A DNA stretch of 54,854 nucleotides from an uncultured Alteromonadaceae bacterium (GTDB taxonomy: Bacteria > Pseudomonadota > Gammaproteobacteria > Pseudomonadales > Halieaceae). Position 1 is the stretch's first letter; the number at the start of each line of letters is the position of its first letter. The translations under genes were made by a program, and so were the position numbers. Shown here piece by piece: positions 1 through 10,053 of this stretch. The stretch lies in NCBI GenBank assembly GCA_964346365.1, contig CAYFVG010000002.1, forward strand, positions 1-54,854. The letters run 5' to 3'. The notes beneath the pieces were generated by a model. The model was not told the origin of the DNA. It saw only the letters and a list, made by a program, of their open reading frames with translations, and searched no databases.

Positions 1-2
1 TG

Positions 3-782
3 CACACCGGACGGTGGGCATTTCGCTGGGGAGTGGAAGCCGAGGATGGGGAGGCGATCCTCGAGGCCGGAGACTGCATCAGCATCCCGATCAACGTCTT
101 CCGCGGCTTTGAAAACGTCGGTGACGACACGGGCTATCTGTTTGCCGTCCTCGGCGGTGACGACCCGGGCCGGGTGCTCTGGGCGCCGCAGGTATTTGAC
201 GGGGCCCGGGATCATGGTCTGGTTCTGCTGGAGAATGGTCGTCTCGTGGATACCGCGAACGGGGAGGCGGCGCCTGAGGGTGTCGGTCCCATGGCGCGCA
301 CGACGGACGCCCAGGTCGCTGCGCACCGTCGGATGACCGTCGACGAGATGCTGCAGTGCGTTGCCTCGGCAGAAGGCCAGAAGCAGCATTCGGGCTCCAG
401 CCTGCAATCGATCAGTGAGGGTATTCAGGAGTCACCGGTCATCGGTCTTGCCGACGCGGAAGATGGCGTTGTTGCCGGACCTCTCGCCTGGGCCCACGGT
501 TTCCAGGTGCGGCGAATCGATATCGTCCCCGGCGGCGGCAGTGACTGGCACCAGCGCAGTGAGCCCGAGGTGCTCTACGTGCACCGCGGCGAACTGACCC
601 TGGAGGTCGCGGATGGTCTGATCAGCCTGGGCGCAGGTGATGTCTTTTCTGTTCCCGTGGGTCTGGGCAAGCGTCTGGCGAGCGTTAACGGCGGCCATTG
701 CTACGTCGTGCGCGGGGGCGACCAACCCGCTGGTGCCGTCAGCGTGGCGTCGAACCAGGTCGCCTCCAAGAGCGCTGGATGA
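3..782 (+). CDS. Cupin-domain (bicupin-like) protein, 5'-truncated at window edge
   Basis: Frame open from position 3 (HTGRWAFRWGVEAE...); two cupin-like motifs GDCISIPINVFRGFEN and HQRSEPEVLYVHRG...GDVFSVP; stop overlaps next start (ATGA). Confidence 0.75.
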   Translation, partial: HTGRWAFRWGVEAEDGEAILEAGDCISIPINVFRGFENVGDDTGYLFAVLGGDDPGRVLWAPQVFDGARDHGLVLLENGRLVDTANGEAAPEGVGPMARTTDAQVAAHRRMTVDEMLQCVASAEGQKQHSGSSLQSISEGIQESPVIGLADAEDGVVAGPLAWAHGFQVRRIDIVPGGGSDWHQRSEPEVLYVHRGELTLEVADGLISLGAGDVFSVPVGLGKRLASVNGGHCYVVRGGDQPAGAVSVASNQVASKSAG

Positions 783-1732
783 CGCCACAGTCTCACCTGC
801 TCACCGCCGGTGCCCTCGCTGATGCGTTGCGCCCGCGCGGGGTGCTCAGTGATGACTTCCGCGGTGCTGTGGCCCATCCAGTCAATGACGTCGCCGATGC
901 GGATGCATTGCTCGAGGGTTTTCTGCAGCCGCTTCACCGGGCCTTGCCCGATATCCAGCGCCATCCGCTGATTGCGATTGCCAATGAAGACCCCCAGGGC
1001 AGGTGGGAGCTGGGCACCGGTTATCTGCTGGGTACCTTCCGGGAGGCGCTTTTCGGCATTCCCGCCACCGGCCGCACCGCGTTTCTGCGCTACACGGAAA
1101 TGGTGCGCCTTGCGGGCGACCAGATCGCGCAATGGTTTCTGATCCCCGATTTCATTGACCTGATGGAACAGGCCAGCGTGTCGCCGCTGCGTCCATCCCT
1201 CGGCGCCGGCGGGCGGGTAATGCCGCCCATGAAGGGCGACGGCCTGTTTCCGGCCGGTGACGGGCAGGCAACGAGCGACTTGGTGATGGCGATGCTGGCC
1301 CACCTGGGCGAATACGACGGCCAGCACCTGGCGAGCATGGACCTTGCGCGCTACTGGTCCCCCGATTTTCTCTGGTACGGTCCCGGGGGCATCGGTACCA
1401 CCCGGGGTATCGACGGTTTCCGGGCGCACCACCAGGGGCCTTTCCTGCGGGCGTTTCCCGACCGGGTCGTGGATTACCATGCCGCTACCGTGGCTGCGGG
1501 TGATTTCGCTGCAACCGGCGGCTGGCCGCATATGCATGCCACCCACAGCGGGCCGGGCTGGCTCGGCCTGCCGCCCACGAACGTGCACCTGGAGCTGCGC
1601 GTCATGGATATCTGGCGCAGGGATGGTGATTTGCTGCGGGAGAACTGGGTGGCCATCGATATCATTCACATGCTCCGGCAGATGGGGCTCGATGTGTTTG
1701 AACAGATGCGTTTACAAGCCCGTGCCTGCTGA
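779..1732 (+). CDS. Tandem SnoaL/NTF2-like 'ester cyclase' family protein (paralogue 1)
   Basis: ATG at 779 overlaps the cupin stop; motifs GIPATGR, WYGPGGIG...GFRAHHQGPF, DIWRRDGDLLRENWVAID. Confidence 0.8.
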   Translation: MTPQSHLLTAGALADALRPRGVLSDDFRGAVAHPVNDVADADALLEGFLQPLHRALPDIQRHPLIAIANEDPQGRWELGTGYLLGTFREALFGIPATGRTAFLRYTEMVRLAGDQIAQWFLIPDFIDLMEQASVSPLRPSLGAGGRVMPPMKGDGLFPAGDGQATSDLVMAMLAHLGEYDGQHLASMDLARYWSPDFLWYGPGGIGTTRGIDGFRAHHQGPFLRAFPDRVVDYHAATVAAGDFAATGGWPHMHATHSGPGWLGLPPTNVHLELRVMDIWRRDGDLLRENWVAIDIIHMLRQMGLDVFEQMRLQARAC

Positions 1733-1824
1733 CGCTCCTCTCTTGACCGCGGTGGGAAACTCAGTCGTCGCGGTAGCGCCCCCTGCTTCAGATCCGGTGC
1801 CACTTCCGGGAGAGGAAAACTGAC

Positions 1825-3432
1825 ATGGAATCATTTGGCACCTTCAACTGGTCCATCCTCGGCCTCTATATTGTTGCCAATCTGGCGCTTGGCGCGTTTC
1901 TGAGTCGAAAGATCCATTCCTCCCAGGACTTCTTCCTCGGTGACCGTTCCATTCCCTGGTGGGCTATCGGTGTGTCGGTTATCAGTACCTACGTCAGTGC
2001 GCTGACTTTTCTGGGTGCGCCGGCGTGGGCCTACCGGGAGGGCCTGTCCGTCATGGCGATCCACCTTAATTACCCGCTCGTGGTGGTCGTGGTGGTGACG
2101 TTTTTCCTGCCATTCTTTTACAACAGCGGCGCGGCGTCGATCTACGACTACCAGGAGCGGCGCTTTGGCCGAGCCTCCCGCGGTGTGCTGGCGACCGTGT
2201 TCCTGCTGTCGCAGGGGGCCACTTCGGCCGTTATCCTCTACGCCACCTCCCTGGTGCTCGAGTTCATCACTGGCCTGCCGGTGCATTACTGCATTGTCAT
2301 CATTACCATCGTGGCGCTGATCTACACGGCGCTCGGGGGTATTGCTGCCGTGATCTGGACCGACGTGATACAGGCGGGCATTCTTTTTACCGGTGCGGTG
2401 ATTATCTTCGAATCGCTTATCACAGGTTTTGACAGCGGGCTTTCGACGGTCCTGAGTGAGGCGAGCGAAGCGGGACGCCTGCGCGCGCTCGATCCATCCC
2501 TCGACTTCAGCAAGGTCCCGACGATCTGGTCGGGTGTTATAGCCATGACGCTGTTCCACATCACCGTGTATGGCGCCAGCCAGATGATGGTGCAGCGCAG
2601 CCTCACGGCGCGCAACATCGGCGACGCGAAAAAGTCCGTGATGATGATGGGCTTCGCCGCCTTCTTTATTTATTTGCTGTTCATCCTCATGGGGGTGCTG
2701 CTCAATTCCCACTACGACGGCAAGCCCTTTGCCAATGACAACACCATCATTCTCGGGTTCGCAAACGAGCTGGCCAGACCGGGGCTTATGGGTCTGATTG
2801 CCGCTGCTATCATGGCGGCGAGTATGTCCAGTCTCGATTCGGCGTTTAATTCCATGTCGACCGTTTCGGTAGTCGATTTCTATCAACGCTACCTTCGACC
2901 CGATGCCACCGACGACCAACTGCTCAAGGCCTCGCGGGTGTTCACGCTTTTCTGGGCATTCATCATTATTGGTCCGGCGCTGCTCTTTGCGCAGCTGGAG
3001 GGATCGGTGCTCGAGATCCTGAGCAAGGTGGGCAGTTATTTTGTCGGTGCGAAACTCAGCATGTTCGGGCTGGGATTCTTTTCCCGCCATACCACGGAGC
3101 GCGGCCTGATGGTCGGTGTCGCAGCAGGCTTTATCGTCGTCTGGTACCTTGCAACCCAGACCGCGATCGCCTGGCCCTGGTTTGTGGTTATCGGTAGTGC
3201 GGTCAATTCCCTTGTCGCCATTGCTGCCTCGCTGCTGCTTGATGGCAGGCAGGCCGAGTGGCACCCCTACACGGTGGTGGGTCAGCGGAAAGAGTTCCTC
3301 GATGAGGGATTGCCGGTGCGCGAGGGCAACTGGTACCGGCTGCCCGGCCGCATCGACGGCGCGTCGAAACTGTTGCTGGTGTTTTTCGTGCTGTCGATCC
3401 TTGGGCTATACGCCTTCCAGTCAGCGTTCTGA
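1825..3432 (+). CDS. Sodium:solute symporter (SSS/SLC5 family)
   Basis: 535 aa, many TM segments; DFFLGDRSIPWWAIGVS, YTALGGIAAVIWTDVIQ, AASMSSLDSAFNS motifs; GAGG RBS upstream. Confidence 0.92.
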   Translation: MESFGTFNWSILGLYIVANLALGAFLSRKIHSSQDFFLGDRSIPWWAIGVSVISTYVSALTFLGAPAWAYREGLSVMAIHLNYPLVVVVVVTFFLPFFYNSGAASIYDYQERRFGRASRGVLATVFLLSQGATSAVILYATSLVLEFITGLPVHYCIVIITIVALIYTALGGIAAVIWTDVIQAGILFTGAVIIFESLITGFDSGLSTVLSEASEAGRLRALDPSLDFSKVPTIWSGVIAMTLFHITVYGASQMMVQRSLTARNIGDAKKSVMMMGFAAFFIYLLFILMGVLLNSHYDGKPFANDNTIILGFANELARPGLMGLIAAAIMAASMSSLDSAFNSMSTVSVVDFYQRYLRPDATDDQLLKASRVFTLFWAFIIIGPALLFAQLEGSVLEILSKVGSYFVGAKLSMFGLGFFSRHTTERGLMVGVAAGFIVVWYLATQTAIAWPWFVVIGSAVNSLVAIAASLLLDGRQAEWHPYTVVGQRKEFLDEGLPVREGNWYRLPGRIDGASKLLLVFFVLSILGLYAFQSAF

Positions 3433-3587
3433 AGCGATAACCCGCTCTGTTCAGCCGCTGGGCGTCTGCCGGTCGCACACTAAAAAACCGCGACCGGTGC
3501 CGGTTGCACCAACCGTGCACCGAAGCGATGTGGCGGCCATGCACCGCGCACCCGATTTAATTCACGCAACGCATAGGAAACCAGGTA

Positions 3588-4592
3588 ATGAGCGGCTTTC
3601 AGGATATCAAAGGCACCGTACTCGAATACTTCCAGGCTCTGGAGCATGCGGGCGTCGACACGGTGCAGTCAGTATTGCAGCGCTACCATGCGCCGGATTA
3701 CTCCTTCCTTGGGGTGCATCCCTTCAACGAGCAGTCGAGCAGCGCCGGTGCTGCGGAAGCCTTCTGGAAGCCGTTGCTGCGCTCCTTTCTCCACCTTCAG
3801 CGCCGGCAGGATGTTTTCATCGCCGGTGAGAACGAGATCGATGGCAGTCGCTGGGTGATGAGCATGGGCCATTTCATGGGACTGTTCGACCACGACTGGC
3901 TCGGCGTCCGCGCCAGTCGCAAAATCGCGATGGTGCGCTATGCCGAGTTCAACGCGGTTCGAGACGGCAAGATCACTCGCACCGGGTTGTGGGTGGACAT
4001 CATCGGCTTCATGCAGCAGCAGGGTCTGAACCCGTTGCCACCGTCGACCGGGGACTATTTTGTGTACCCCGGTCCGCGGTATCACGATGGGCTGTTGCTG
4101 GAGGACGCTGCCCCCGAGGAGGGAGCGAAAACTCTCAGCCTGCTCAACATCATGGTTAACGACCTGCAGCTGCTGAACTTCAGCGGCGACGATGAGTGTG
4201 CCCCCGAGTACCTGGCGCGCACCTGGTGCGAGGACATGTCGTGGTTTGGGCCGGCCGGCATTGGCGCCACTTACACCCTCGAGCGCTACCAGGAACAGCA
4301 CCAGTTCCCTTTCCGGAGGAGCCTGTCAGACAAAACCTACAACGGCCACGTGTGTCGGTTCGCCGAGGGTAAGTTCGGCTGCTTTTTTGGCTGGCCGAAC
4401 CTCAGTCATCGCACAAGCGGCGGTTTTCTCGGTCTTCCGGGTGGCGGTTCTGCGGATATGCGGGTAGTGGACGTGTATCGAAGGGAAGGGGATAAGCTCA
4501 TCGAGAACTGGATCTTCATCGACATTCCCTACTGGCTTCTGCAGCAGGGGCTGGATGTGATCGAGCGCACGCGAGGTATTGAAAACCCCTGA
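3588..4592 (+). CDS. Tandem SnoaL/NTF2-like protein (paralogue 2)
   Basis: WFGPAGIG...HQFPF and DVYRREGDKLIENWIFID match paralogues 1 and 3. Confidence 0.8.
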   Translation: MSGFQDIKGTVLEYFQALEHAGVDTVQSVLQRYHAPDYSFLGVHPFNEQSSSAGAAEAFWKPLLRSFLHLQRRQDVFIAGENEIDGSRWVMSMGHFMGLFDHDWLGVRASRKIAMVRYAEFNAVRDGKITRTGLWVDIIGFMQQQGLNPLPPSTGDYFVYPGPRYHDGLLLEDAAPEEGAKTLSLLNIMVNDLQLLNFSGDDECAPEYLARTWCEDMSWFGPAGIGATYTLERYQEQHQFPFRRSLSDKTYNGHVCRFAEGKFGCFFGWPNLSHRTSGGFLGLPGGGSADMRVVDVYRREGDKLIENWIFIDIPYWLLQQGLDVIERTRGIENP

Positions 4593-4616
4593 CGCACTGT
4601 GCCGATCCTGTCCCGG

Positions 4617-5648
4617 TCAGGGCGCCAGGGCGGCGAGGCCGCGGGCTTTGTTGAACTCGCGCATCCTGCCAAGCACGTCGACACCAAGCTGTCGCCAGAC
4701 GTCGAGTAAATCCACCAGCACCCAGTTTTCCCGGATTAAATCACCTTCAACCCGCCAGAAATCGAGGCTGCGCATGGTGATTTCCCGGTCCACCGGGGCA
4801 ATGCCGAGCCAGCCGTCGCCGCTGATGGTCATGGACATGCCGGGCCACGCGGTGAAGCCGACATAGTTGTTGTCTGCAAACAGATGCCCGCCCGCCGGAT
4901 TGCCCACCCGGTCCGGCATGCCGTTGAGAAAAGGGATCTGGTGCCAGTTCCGAAAGCCCTCCAGGCCGCGGCAGCTGCCGATCCCCGACGGGCCGTACCA
5001 GCTGCAGCGCGGGTGCCAGAAGCTATCGAGGCGCATACCGGCGACCCCCTCGCTGGCAAAGTTGCCCAGGTTGCTGCACATGTCGAAGACCAGCGCCCGG
5101 GCTTTTTCCGACAGCTGTGGGTCACGCGGCCCGTCCGTCAGGCCGTCTTCGCTGGCCGGTCCCGGCACGTGCCATTCGCGCCCCAGGCTGGGTCCCATGG
5201 GCCAGGCATCTGCCTGCAGCATGACGTGGGGGATATCCCAGATCGCCTGGACCTCGCAGACCTTGCCGTCGACCACCCGGTAGAACTCATGAAAACGCAG
5301 GGAAACAAAATGGCCGGTTGCGGGAATATCGAGCCAGGGTTTCGTGAAAGTGCCGGTGTAATAGCCACAACTACCGATCCACGCTTCGCCGTCCGGGGTG
5401 GGCCCCGCCATGACAATCGTGTCCCTGCGTTCCAGATCGGGTATCGATGACCAGAGCGGGGCGTACGCCCGCTCCCAGAAGGCGTCCGGTCCGGTCACGG
5501 TATCGAGGGGACAGCCGAGTTGCACCAGCGCGTCGTCGGTCAAGAGCGCGGCCAGCGCTGCGCGAACAGCCGTTTCGTCGAAGTTGTACTGGGCCTGCCG
5601 CAGTGTCTCGAACCGGGAGCGAAGCGTGGCGAAATAATCCACCGTCAT
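4617..5648 (-). CDS. Tandem SnoaL/NTF2-like protein (paralogue 3)
   Basis: DIPATGH, WYGPSGIG...HQIPF, DFWRVEGDLIRENWVLVD. Confidence 0.8.
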   Translation of the reverse strand: MTVDYFATLRSRFETLRQAQYNFDETAVRAALAALLTDDALVQLGCPLDTVTGPDAFWERAYAPLWSSIPDLERRDTIVMAGPTPDGEAWIGSCGYYTGTFTKPWLDIPATGHFVSLRFHEFYRVVDGKVCEVQAIWDIPHVMLQADAWPMGPSLGREWHVPGPASEDGLTDGPRDPQLSEKARALVFDMCSNLGNFASEGVAGMRLDSFWHPRCSWYGPSGIGSCRGLEGFRNWHQIPFLNGMPDRVGNPAGGHLFADNNYVGFTAWPGMSMTISGDGWLGIAPVDREITMRSLDFWRVEGDLIRENWVLVDLLDVWRQLGVDVLGRMREFNKARGLAALAP

Positions 5649-6697
5649 TCGGTGGCCGGGCTCTGGGCGAGGCGCGCCCGCTCGATCTGCGTCAGTACCG
5701 CGAGCTGGTCAAAAACCAGCCATTCCTCCACAACCCTGCCATCCACCAGGCGGTACTGGCTTTCGCCGAGGATCAGCACCTCGGCACCGCTGGCCGGCCC
5801 CCAGAGGTTGCCGCCGGTGTGGGTACCCGCCACGGTCCAGCGGACGGCAATGAAATCGCCGGGTAACATCGACTCGGTGCAGGTATGATCGACGGTGATT
5901 TTGGCATCGGGCAGGGCACCGAGAAGCTGGACATAAAATTGCTCGATGCTGTCGATGCCATGGTCCGGGGGCCGTGCAGAGGCATGGAGTACCGCATCCT
6001 CAGCGTAGAGCGCTCGGCAGTCTCCGGGCAGTCGACCATTCCAGATGTTTCCCAGAACCGCGTGCACCTGCGCGGCGCTGGCAAGGCCGGCAATCGTGTC
6101 GTGAGTTTCGCGATCGGTTGACTGCACCCGCCGCCACTGCTGTTGCAGCCAGGTCGCGAAAATGCCGTCGCTGTCCAGGGGCGTGGATGCCTGCTGTTTC
6201 GCAAGCTGCCACGGGTCGCAGCCGAGCTGCTCCGCCAGTGACCAGTTGTCACGAACCAGCCATTCCTCGACGATCCGGTTTTCACGCACCACGCAGTGCG
6301 CGATGACCTGGATGGTGGCCGACTTGCCGGTGGCCGGTCCGTGCTCCGTCTCGCCGCAATGGGTCATGTGGCTGCTGATCAGGTGTGAACTGTGAAATCC
6401 CTCGGTCGGATTGCCGCTCCAGATAATGTTGTCGGCGTGCAGTGTGCGGTCGGGGAAGGCGCCAAGGGTGAGGAGCGTGTTGCGGGTTACCTGTTCCGCG
6501 CCCTCGGTGTACCCGGCAAGGGTCCAGACGGGACAGTCGTCGGAATAATAACGCTGGCACAGTCCCACCTGCTTTCCTTCCCAGATACGCAGCGTGATGC
6601 GCAGGATGTAATCGACAATGTCGGTGAATTCCGAATCGAAGCCCGGCATGTTGCCGGGGGCGCTGGTAGTGGGCGCGTTATCGGTGAGCATGGTCAT
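5645..6697 (-). CDS. Tandem SnoaL/NTF2-like protein (paralogue 4, divergent type)
   Basis: Two halves ending RIVEEWLVRD and RVVEEWLVFD, with GPATGK and GPASG; stop overlaps paralogue 3 start (ATGA); start uncertain (6697, 6691 or 6721). Confidence 0.78.
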   Translation of the reverse strand: MTMLTDNAPTTSAPGNMPGFDSEFTDIVDYILRITLRIWEGKQVGLCQRYYSDDCPVWTLAGYTEGAEQVTRNTLLTLGAFPDRTLHADNIIWSGNPTEGFHSSHLISSHMTHCGETEHGPATGKSATIQVIAHCVVRENRIVEEWLVRDNWSLAEQLGCDPWQLAKQQASTPLDSDGIFATWLQQQWRRVQSTDRETHDTIAGLASAAQVHAVLGNIWNGRLPGDCRALYAEDAVLHASARPPDHGIDSIEQFYVQLLGALPDAKITVDHTCTESMLPGDFIAVRWTVAGTHTGGNLWGPASGAEVLILGESQYRLVDGRVVEEWLVFDQLAVLTQIERARLAQSPATE

Positions 6698-7010
6698 TCC
6701 CGGTGTTGTTGTCGTGCCCAAAAAGCGGTGAGCGGTCGCGACGTTGATCAGCGCAGAAACCGCGAAGAAAATTGCATTCGAAGTCAGGAGGATAGTTCAC
6801 TCCGTCATCCCCGTAAATACGGGCAGATTTCGAGGAAGCACCAGTTCATGGGTTGGGCGTTGGCCCCGCCTTACCGGCTGGACATGCTGGCGACCGCGGC
6901 GCTCGCAGCGTCGGGCATCCTTGCAGCGCTGAGCACCGGGATTGATCTGCTCGGGGCGGTGGGTGTCGCGCCGGTGGCCCACTAGCTACGAACACCCACG
7001 TCCGACAGGC

Positions 7011-7583
7011 CTAGCGATACATCACCACAAGGAAGCCTTTCAGCTGAGCACTGCCGCTGTTGCTGATGCAGTGAGCGATGTCCGCGCGGTATTGCGCTGA
7101 ATCACCCGCCTCGAGATCGCGGACAGCATCGCCGGATATGACGCGAGCCGCACCCTCGGTGATGGTGAACAGCTCACGGGTGCCCTCAAAATGGGGGGCG
7201 CTTTTCAGCTCAGCGCCCGCCTGTATGGTGAGCTCATAGAACTCGACGCTTTTTTCCATGTGCAGGGGGGAGAGCGTGCGAATCCCGCACTCTCCATCGG
7301 CGCGAAAGAGATTGCCGGGATCGCTGCCGCGAATGACTTCGATGGCACTGGTCGATGCCGGGTCGTCCACCAGTTCGCCAATACTCATCTCGAAGGCCGT
7401 GGCGATCCGGTAAATGACCGCGAGCGTCGGGTTTGCCTGGCCCCGTTCGATCTGGCTGAGCATCGAGCGACTGACGCCGCAGGCCGCCGCAAACTGCTCG
7501 AGGGTGTAGTTGTTCCGTTGCCGCAGGGTCGTGACACGGTCGCAGAGCACCTTTGCGGTGGGGTCGGTCATAACTTTCGCCAT
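7011..7583 (-). CDS. XRE-family HTH transcriptional regulator with C-terminal cupin domain
   Basis: [28 protein letters not shown] helix-turn-helix; PHFEGTRE...[12 protein letters not shown] cupin sensor. Confidence 0.9.
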   Translation of the reverse strand: MAKVMTDPTAKVLCDRVTTLRQRNNYTLEQFAAACGVSRSMLSQIERGQANPTLAVIYRIATAFEMSIGELVDDPASTSAIEVIRGSDPGNLFRADGECGIRTLSPLHMEKSVEFYELTIQAGAELKSAPHFEGTRELFTITEGAARVISGDAVRDLEAGDSAQYRADIAHCISNSGSAQLKGFLVVMYR

Positions 7584-7696
7584 TGGTAAAATCCAGTATC
7601 TGGGAAAATGTCTTGTATGTCGAACAGATTGCCTCTACGATAGTGGAAAATTTCCACCAAAGAAAGCGGAAAGCAGGCGGAAAAAGGCGGGGAGTG
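7584..7696. promoter_or_regulatory. Divergent promoter/operator region between the XRE regulator and tdh
   Basis: AT-rich 113-bp spacer with imperfect palindromes TCCAGTATCTGGGA (7592-7605) and TGGAAAATTTCCA (~7644-7656). Confidence 0.5.
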
Positions 7697-8722
7697 ATGA
7701 AAGCATTGGTAAAAAAGGAAGCGCGCGAGGGCCTCTGGCTCGACGACGTGCCAGAGCCCGAGATCGGCATCAACGACGTGCTGATCAAGGTAAAGCGCAC
7801 GGCCATCTGCGGCACCGACATGCACATCTTCAACTGGGACGCCTGGGCCCGGGAGACCATTCCCGTGCCGATGGTGGTGGGCCACGAATTTGTCGGAGAG
7901 ATTGTCGAGGTCGGCAATAACGTCAATGATTTCCATCCCGGTCAAATCGTATCCGGGGAGGGGCACGTCGTCTGTGGTCGCTGCCGCAACTGCATGGCCG
8001 GCAGGCGCCACCTGTGTAACCAGACCTCAGGCGTCGGAGTCAATCGCCCCGGCGCCTTCGCCGAGTATCTGGCGCTGCCGATGTCCAACGTGTGGGAACA
8101 CACTCCCGGCATTGATCTCGACGTGGCGGCGCTTTTCGATCCCTTTGGCAATGCCGTGCACACGGCGCTGCAGTTTGATTTGCTGGGCGAGGACGTTCTG
8201 ATTACCGGCGCGGGTCCGATCGGTGTGATGGCGGCTGTGGTCTGCCGGCATGCCGGTGCGCGTCGCGTGGTGATTACCGATGTGATTGATTCCCGACTCG
8301 CCCTCGCTGCAGAGCTGGGCGCGACCCGAACGGTGAATGTCACCCGGGAAAACCTTGAAGATGTTCAGCGCGAAATGGGTATGTCGGAAGGTTTTGACGT
8401 CGGCCTGGAAATGTCGGGTAACCCGCAGGCCCTTAACAGCCTGATCGACAGCATGTGTCACGGTGGCAAGGTCTCCATGCTGGGAATCCCTGCCGAGAAG
8501 ACCGCGATCGACTGGAGCAACGTGATCTTCAACATGCTGACCTTGAAAGGCATTTACGGGCGCGAAATGTACGAGACCTGGTACAAGATGTCGGTCATGA
8601 TCGAGTCCGGCCTCGATATTTCGCGGGTCATCACCCATCGCATGCCCTTTACCGACTTTGAGCAGGGCTTCGCCGTCATGAAAAACGGCGAAGCGAGCAA
8701 GGTTGTACTGAACTGGGATTGA
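7697..8722 (+). CDS. tdh: L-threonine 3-dehydrogenase
   Basis: MKALVKK start after GGAG; CGTDMH, GHE, CGRCRNC...HLC zinc ligands; GAGPIG; [15 protein letters not shown]. Confidence 0.95.
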   Translation: MKALVKKEAREGLWLDDVPEPEIGINDVLIKVKRTAICGTDMHIFNWDAWARETIPVPMVVGHEFVGEIVEVGNNVNDFHPGQIVSGEGHVVCGRCRNCMAGRRHLCNQTSGVGVNRPGAFAEYLALPMSNVWEHTPGIDLDVAALFDPFGNAVHTALQFDLLGEDVLITGAGPIGVMAAVVCRHAGARRVVITDVIDSRLALAAELGATRTVNVTRENLEDVQREMGMSEGFDVGLEMSGNPQALNSLIDSMCHGGKVSMLGIPAEKTAIDWSNVIFNMLTLKGIYGREMYETWYKMSVMIESGLDISRVITHRMPFTDFEQGFAVMKNGEASKVVLNWD

Positions 8723-8733
8723 AAGGAACGATT

Positions 8734-9924
<1,191 letters not shown>

Positions 9925-10053
9925 CCGGTGTGGCGTCGACCGGCCGGCAAGTGGGTTGCTCTTTCGGCGACTCCCTGAGGAACTAGTACAATCGGCAGCG
10001 TCTGCATCACCGCCGGTTGATGTTGGCGACTCAATCGTTTTGGAAGCCTCCTA

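Noticed and set aside
779-6697. Polyketide biosynthetic cluster suggested by the SnoaL 'cyclase' label
   Set aside because: No KS, ACP or tailoring genes; an importer and catabolic neighbours argue for degradation.
7583-7696. Upstream extensions given by the ORF track for tdh (likewise blh, pgl, arfB and the isochorismatase)
   Set aside because: Family-typical N-termini, RBS positions and stop/start overlaps support the downstream starts used here.
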